Below are positions 57,734-64,000 of a stretch of 64,000 nucleotides of DNA, in pieces; position 1 is the stretch's first letter; each line of letters opens with the position of its first letter. Source of the DNA: Amoebophrya sp. A120. Its lineage: Eukaryota > Protista > Dinoflagellata. The translations under genes were made by a program, and so were the position numbers. Location: positions 4,174,795-4,238,794 of the forward strand of contig CAJINV010000001.1 of NCBI GenBank assembly GCA_905178155.1, in the 5' to 3' direction. The notes beneath the pieces were generated by a model. That model had not been told where the DNA came from and did no database searches. It saw nothing but the letters and a program-made list of their open reading frames with translations.

Positions 57734-58495
57734 TTAATTTGTTCTCGCTGCTGCCCCAGTTTTCCATTCCCCACCGATATCGTTTTCTTCACAGTGCTTG
57801 ATCGAAAAGGCGATCATGTCTGCCTGCACTTTCGATACGGTCATGGAGCAGGGCGCTACGAGATTTTGCGCTGCCCACTCCGACGGCTTGTTCGCTGCGT
57901 TTGGGTCCTGCGTCGCCGTCGAAGTGGTGTCCCTGTCCTCCGATGCTGCTAAAAGGTTCGCGACAAACTTTTGCGTGTCTTCGGTACCTAGGTCACCCGC
58001 TTTGTTGGCATACCTGACAGCAGTGCGGTTTTCTACTTCAAGTGGTTTTCCATTCTACTTTGAAGTTTACATACTCGCAACACCACCGTGAGACAGCAGA
58101 CCAAAAAACAATTCTAATTCTTCTTACCAGTCCTGCGCCGTCGCGTCTGCTCCCGCGCGAATCAGCAACTTTGCGATTTGTGTTGCGTTCAACCAACATG
58201 CTAGATGCAGGGGCGTCCAGCCGTCCAACCCCGGATGACTCACGTTGACGTCGGCCCCAGCCTCCAGGAGCTGCTCGCAAATTTGCACGTGACCGTTTTC
58301 CACAGCGCGGTGCAAAGGCGTGTAGAGATCAATGTCGGGCGCGTCCACGGAGTAGTTCAGGGAGACCGCTTTCTCTGCTTCTTTTCTGCTTGTCAGCAGT
58401 TGCTTCACCTCGCCACCGTTCCCGGCAACACAGGCGGCATGCAAACGAGCCGCGAACGTTTCGGGCGGAAGACCATTGGCGATCGTTTCATCCAT
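57734..58495 (-). CDS. Ankyrin-repeat protein
   Basis: TPLHRAVENGH..LLEAGADVN and GWTPLHLA. A GT-AG intron at 58014-58127 continues in frame to the stop at 57734. Confidence 0.9.
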
Positions 58496-58894
58496 TTTGG
58501 GTGGTCAGGCTGAACTCAAATGTGGCACATTTGGATTTTTTGCAAACAAGTTTTTACACTTCAAGGACAAAGAGAAGATGATTTTTTATACAGAGGCTCT
58601 AACTTAAAGTTCGAGCAGAAGGAGAACTGCGTCAAGCTTTGTAGTTTGGGTCCTGTAGGTGGTCTTTTGACATTGTCTATCAACGTTGTGGGCAACACAT
58701 ATGAATGAGATGCTCACGTACCGACACTTTCTTTCGCAACGGAGACGCTCGAACACGTGCACGGCCAAAAAACGACAGCAGATCAATTTCTTCGATGCCC
58801 CAATGAATTCATGATGGTTGTACCAGTGACAGTGTCGATTTTCATTTTCTGAAAAGCAAAAGGCAAGCATATGCAGCCTGCAAGAATAAAAATA

Positions 58895-61436
58895 TCAGTG
58901 TCCTTCCAACGTTGCTAGCTGAATCAGCCTGGGTTCCAGTCTGTTTTCGCAACTCAGCACCGCCAACCGACACCTGCAGCAGACGACGACCAACAACGTC
59001 GCTCCGAGCGCGATGAAGTTGTGCCCCAATCCTAACAGATCCCGGGCCAGATTCGACAAAAGTAACACGAACAGCAACCCAAAACCGCAAACAACTTCGA
59101 CCAACCGCAACATCCGCTCTTCGGCTGTCAAAATGACTCGTATCCGCGACAGCCGTAGCCCTGCGCGGAAGGTTAAAATTCCGACAACAGTGATGCAGGG
59201 CAGCCACTTGACCCACTCCGGTATTCGGTGGAGCTGAACGAGAATCAAACTGGCCACGGTCCACACGCTGATCCACGCTACCACCGACCTCTGCCGGATG
59301 AGAACGCCGTAGGTGCCGGTGAAGCAACAGGCAATCAAGATCCAGGTGGTCACGTGAATCGGAATGCTGTATTACAATGAAAAATGCCCCCTCCCCATAT
59401 CAAAACGGAAATCTGTGATGCAGATTTGTGGTCACAAATCAGCTTTGTGTTGCTACAAGGCAAAAGATGCGGACTGTAGTGCTGTCTAGCGTGGGAAAGC
59501 CTTGCAGCTCCAGGATGACAAAAGGCAACACAACTGGAAGTCGGAAACAGCATGACAGATTGCCTGCGATTGAGGCCGCAGCTTCGTCTCTTGGCCTTCT
59601 AGCAATACATTTGTGTACTCAAATACAGCATCACAAATTCGCGCATCTTCCGTTTCCGATATGGGGTGGGGGCTTTTTTCACTTTGATATGCTGACGTAT
59701 TTCGCGGGGTGCGAGGTCGTTCCGGCGATGTCCGGGTCGCACGTGATTTTCGTTTCTGTCGTGTGGTCGTAGGTCCAGGTGAGCGGGATTTTCTTCGATA
59801 AAAACCGGTACAGCGAGACTTCCGCGATCAGCGAAATCAAGAGGAAGAAAACCGCCACGACGCCAATCAAAATCCTGGGCGTCACCTCGGTGATCAAACT
59901 GGGATTATTCGGCGACCCGAGCAGCTGCGCTCTGCGTTCCCGCAAACAGGATTTCATGTAGCTGCAGGAGGAGAACCAGCTGAGCAGCAGGAGGACAAAG
60001 CCCAGAGGGTAAAAGGCGAAAACCGGCCAGAACACCGTCGACCACTGCAGGTTTTGTTTTTCTTCGTCGACGGCTTTGAGAAGAGAAGGAAGGGTCGGTG
60101 GAGATCGATCTTCATCTTGTCTTGCGGGAGGTTTTGTCGCTTCTACATGTTGACCCTCGAGAAGATCGCTCCTCTTACTCTTTTCTTGATCTACCTCACT
60201 GGACGGTGAAGAAGCTTCCGATGAGACTAGGTCGCTGGCTGGGTACGAAGGTGGTGATGGTGATGCTGTTTTTTCTTCTTCAAAGACGCCTGTAGCACTA
60301 GGACCCCGTAGAAGCCCGTTTGCGGCCGATGTTGCTGAAGTTCTTGCTCTTTCTAGTATCGTGTCAGAACGCGGTGGCGGAATGGCATCTAAACCCGGAG
60401 CCGCCACACTTGTCGCATCTTCCGATCCTGCTTTCTGCACAAGATGTTCACGACCTTTGTAGTCTTCGCTGTTTCGTACCCGTGCCTCTCCTGCTCTGGT
60501 ATTACCTACTTTCTCTTCATCTTCTGCTGCAGCCACTACAGGCACGGGTCCTTCTGCCGCATCTTCTACTTCGTCTGTTCGTGCTGTTGACAACAAATTT
60601 CTATTCCTTCCGCCACCTTCCGAGCCAGCTCCGGTTGTGAAAAACTCGAACATTTGCGGCGACGGAGCGCGCCGGTCGTCGTGGTCGTCCTCCTGCATTT
60701 CCTGCAGACGTTGGTCTGGCGGCAGTTGCCGCTGCTGGTACGCATTTGGGTCTTCTGGACTCGGTGTCAGCCGCGCGGCAATGATCCTTTCCCGGTTCCT
60801 CACCGAATCTAAATTGCAAACACGTTCAAACTGCAACACCTTCAATCCGACAAGCACAATCGCAATACCGTGGGCCGCGACAAAGAGCAATTTTGCGGAC
60901 TTGATCAGCCGCTCGGTGTGGCGGCCGCGGGTGCGCTCTTCGTATGGGTGTGTCAGGATTGAAATCGTCAAAGTTGAAATAGTTTGTCATGCTAAACCGA
61001 CCGAAACCACTACACAGAAATAGTCTGTCATGCATAAAACGGATACCAGTTAGCCCTACAGTTTGTAGTCGGTGCATGACAAATTTTACCGGTCCTGGAA
61101 GCGAGTCTGTCATGCGGTTTAGGGCAAAAGAGCTGCCTTCTGTCATGCTAGTTAGCAGTCCAACTTTTGACCCTTACCAGGACTATGATCTGCGTCCCGT
61201 TGGTCCTCTGCAATAAAGTCACTTTTTGTGTCGCATTTTATGCATTACAAATTATTTCAACTTTGACGATTTCAAACCTGACGCTTCCATACTTCGATAC
61301 CCCCGATTACAAGATTGGAGGACATGCTGGAGATAGCCGCGTCAGCAGGGGATGCGCTGTTTACACTCACGCGGGTCGAAGCTCGGGGGCGGGCTGCGGA
61401 AGATGAAGTGGGGGTAGAGGAAGTAGAGGAAACCAT
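58895..61436 (-). CDS. Multi-pass membrane protein (weak TMEM185/TMEM203-like WSxVFWP motif)
   Basis: One continuous frame from ATG 61436 after removing MITEs 10 and 9 (GGIE|ERTRG and KYVS|IPIHVTTW). The 3' end is uncertain. Confidence 0.75.
59370..59689. mobile_element. Introner-like MITE 9 (320 bp), TSD TGCTG, same family as MITE 1
   Basis: tattacaatgaaaaatgccccctccccatatc versus gatatggggtgggggcttttttcactttgata. TSD at 59365-59369 and 59690-59694. Confidence 0.92.
60943..61291. mobile_element. Introner-like MITE 10 (349 bp), TSD CTTCG, same family as MITEs 5 and 6
   Basis: TIR tatgg..gtcagg(a/t)ttgaaatcgtcaaagttgaaata. TSD at 60938-60942 and 61292-61296. An empty site is visible in the paralog near 62957. 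Confidence 0.95.
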
Positions 61437-62117
61437 AATATTTTGTTCTCAACTGATTTTATCCGAACCTGCACAACCGTAGCTATTGAAGAAAGACGGC
61501 TATTCAAATGTTGAATCTTGCATGCTTGCAGTACTGACTTTCCACGCACGGCCATGATGGTCCTCGTGCTCAACACGGTGCTGGCGCATCTTGACGCTAC
61601 ACAGTCTCACGATCTACTTGCTCACCTTTACTTGATTCATTCTGGCTTGAGATGAAAACTGTTCCATTACTTTCTTTACAAAAGTCGTGTACAACAGTGA
61701 AGACTCTCCTGTACAGTAGCCAGTGCGGTGAGTACGGGACATGCAACGGTGCGGCACTGCGTTTCCTTTCGCTCTTTAGTGATGATGTCTGCGTCTTGTT
61801 GTACGTCATTTGTCATGTTCATCTTCCAGCTTCTACTTTTTGCAAAGCCGCCGGACAACCTAGGTAGATGATGCGCCAACGCACGGAACTCGAACTGTCA
61901 AAAATTCATTCGCAATGAACATCAACTTTAATATTTCTGCACAATACAAGCACTAAGCGGCTTGTTTCCTCTCTCTCTCTGTTTTGTGTGTCAGTGTCAG
62001 CACAGTGACCTATGCACCAGCACTCGATGCCAGTCAGCTGTGCTTTTGATCACTATTTGCAATAGACGCAACTTTCAAAACACATTCAGAAATTTTGCAA
62101 TAGACGCAACTTTCAAA

Positions 62118-63465
62118 AGCAATTTGGCGGACTTGATCAGCCGCTCGGTGTGGCGGCCGCGGTACTAAGGGGAAAAGTTCAAGAATAGGAATCCGAGCAA
62201 AAATTGACTAGGGGGCCCAGCGACGGTACTTATGTGCTGGGTCGTGTTGTTGTAGTTTTTTTGCAGTAGGTACAAGACAAATGCCACACACGGAAGAAAA
62301 AGAGGAAACTACAAAAGGCCGGCTGCGGCCCCACCCCCAGGCTGCGGCCCGGCGCTTCTACGGCCCGGCCACCACCCCGGCCCCGCCCTCGCCCGATGCT
62401 TTTGTTGGCCGGGGAACCCAAAGGGAGCCGGAGCCCAATTTTGTGGCTCTTTCGGAGGGCCAAAAAATCTCAGCGAGGGGCCTCCGCGGGGGCTTTCGCT
62501 GGGGGGTCTTCAGGGGGGTCGATCTTTCTATTCTTGAAAACTCAGCACCCACGCCATGGTGCCGATTTGGGGGCTCAGAGGGGGGGCGCCAATTTGCCGC
62601 TTCCGGACCCTCTTCGGAACCCCCCACCCTGTCCATTCTTGAAAACTCAGCACCGATTGGCAATGGCCTATTTTCATGCTAATCACGACCTATAAGCAAA
62701 AAGGGGCGCGAGTATTGAGGCTGCCGCATGTTTGTAAGGAGTGCCTCCTTCAGACCGATCCGAAAGCGGGCGCGCGCGATGCTCCTGGGCCACCCTCACG
62801 AGCCGCCCTCCGCGGTTTTCCCGCTGGAGATGTACCTCGCCGACCTGCAGTGCGGAATTCATTTCGTCATCTGCTTCTGCGCCCTCGTCGAACCCGCCTA
62901 GCTATTTTTGCAAAAATTCTTATTCTTGAACTTTTCCCCGTAGTACGCGGGTGCGCTCCTCGATGCCCCCGATTACAAGGGTGGAGGACATGCTGGAGGT
63001 AGCCGCGTCAGGAGGGGATGCGCTGTTTAGGCTCACGCGGGTCGAAGCTCGGGGGCGGGCTGCGGAAGATGAGGTGGGGGTAGAGGAATTAGATGAAGCC
63101 ATAATATTTTGCTCTCAGCAGATTTTGATTTTATCCGAACCTGCACAACCGTAGCTATTGAAGAGTGAAAGCTTTCACATGTTGAATTTTGTACGCTAGT
63201 AGTTTTCCATGCACCACGGCCGTGATGGTACAACTCGTGCCCAAGACGGTGGGGCATGTTGATGCTACACAGTTGTCTCACGATCTACTTGCTCACCTTC
63301 ACCTCGTTCTTTCCTGCTTGAGAAAGCTGTTCTGTCTATTTTGATTTCGTTCTAATCGCGGCCACTTCTACAGAGACTCTCCTGCGCAATTTGTTAGAGT
63401 CGCAAGTCGTGCAGTACGGGACATGCCCCGGCGCGGTACCAACTGTGTTTCTGCTCGCTCTTGAA
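62118..63465 (-). pseudogene. Partial duplicate of the upstream region and first ~65 codons of the membrane-protein gene (homologous to 60886-~61780)
   Basis: MASSNSSTPTSSSAARPRASTRVS..LVIGGIEERTR at 63102 versus MVSSTSSTPTSSSAARPRASTRVS at 61436. Homology stops at 62118. Confidence 0.8.
62163..62945. mobile_element. TIR element 11 (783 bp), TSD CGCGG
   Basis: 30-bp TIR tacta(a/c)ggggaaaagttcaagaata(g/a)gaat. TSD at 62158-62162 and 62946-62950. Empty site at 60926-60930. Confidence 0.93.
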
Positions 63466-63629
63466 TGTTGTGGTCCTGTCATGCTTCAGCTTCATGGACT
63501 ATGAAGATCGCGCCCGGAGGGCGATATTGGTAACCAAATGCGTGCGCGAAAATCTAACCAGCGCGAAAGCCAAACCAGCCGCGCGGCTGCCACCACCATT
63601 TTTTTTAATTAGAATCCCACTTCTTCTTC

Positions 63630-64000
63630 TTGGGTCGCGGGCCGCAGTTGTGCTCGCGGCCCTTTAGGGCCGCGACCGCAAACTGCGGCCGCGACCGCAA
63701 ACTTCTTTAGGGCCGCGACCGCAAGTGCAACCCGTAGACTAGGGTCCACATGTGTCGCTTCCAGAACATGGCCGCGGCCGGCTGGGATGTCAGTCGACGC
63801 TGCTAGTTTTAGTGCACATAGGTTGAAAGTAAGCATCGCCATCTATCGCGGGTCATCGGGGGCTTCCGGATTCGCATTCAAAGCTTATCGCAGGAGCCTG
63901 CGGGCCGCCGCGGGCTCCACCACTTCCCCGCGGCCCTAAAGGGCCGCGGACAACTACTGTCGCCCGCGGCGGCCCGCAGGCTCCTGCGATAAGCATTGAA
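63630..64000. repeat. GC-rich fold-back repeat built of GGCCGCG modules, cut by the window end
   Basis: 33-bp perfect inverted repeat at 63883-63915 and 63962-63994, with internal palindrome ccgcggccctaaagggccgcgg and repeated ctttagggccgcgaccgcaa. Confidence 0.8.

Noticed and set aside
1-64000. tRNA, rRNA or an autonomous transposase/reverse transcriptase gene
   Set aside because: None recognised by eye; tRNAscan, Infernal and HMM searches would be needed to exclude them.

Overview
Eukaryotic, intron-containing protist DNA. Gene content, long same-strand gene runs and non-canonical introns resemble the parasitic dinoflagellate relative Amoebophrya (Syndiniales); this assignment is inference. 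About 17 protein-coding loci are present. On the + strand (1-21.7 kb): a PTC7-type PP2C, an EF-hand cyclic-nucleotide phosphodiesterase and DGAT2. On the - strand (23.3-63.1 kb): a PaaI thioesterase, a single-domain ion channel, an ALDH9/BetB-like dehydrogenase, riboflavin synthase, RsfS/MALSU1, a PAN-domain protein, an HPD-less J protein, a GNAT, an ankyrin protein and a membrane protein. The main signal is a set of 11 short inserts (150-783 bp) that all follow one rule: TAY...RTA ends, imperfect terminal inverted repeats (TIRs) of about 25-40 bp, and a 5-bp target-site duplication (TSD). Ten sit inside coding sequence, and their exact removal restores reading frames and catalytic motifs although no register gives GT-AG, so they look like transposon-derived non-canonical introns (introners). 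Several unrelated TIR families share an internal GCAT(G/C)ACAAA motif. A local duplication provides reciprocal empty sites. A second element family is flanked by 36-40 bp duplications of host exon sequence. All alignments were done by eye; nothing was searched or computed.
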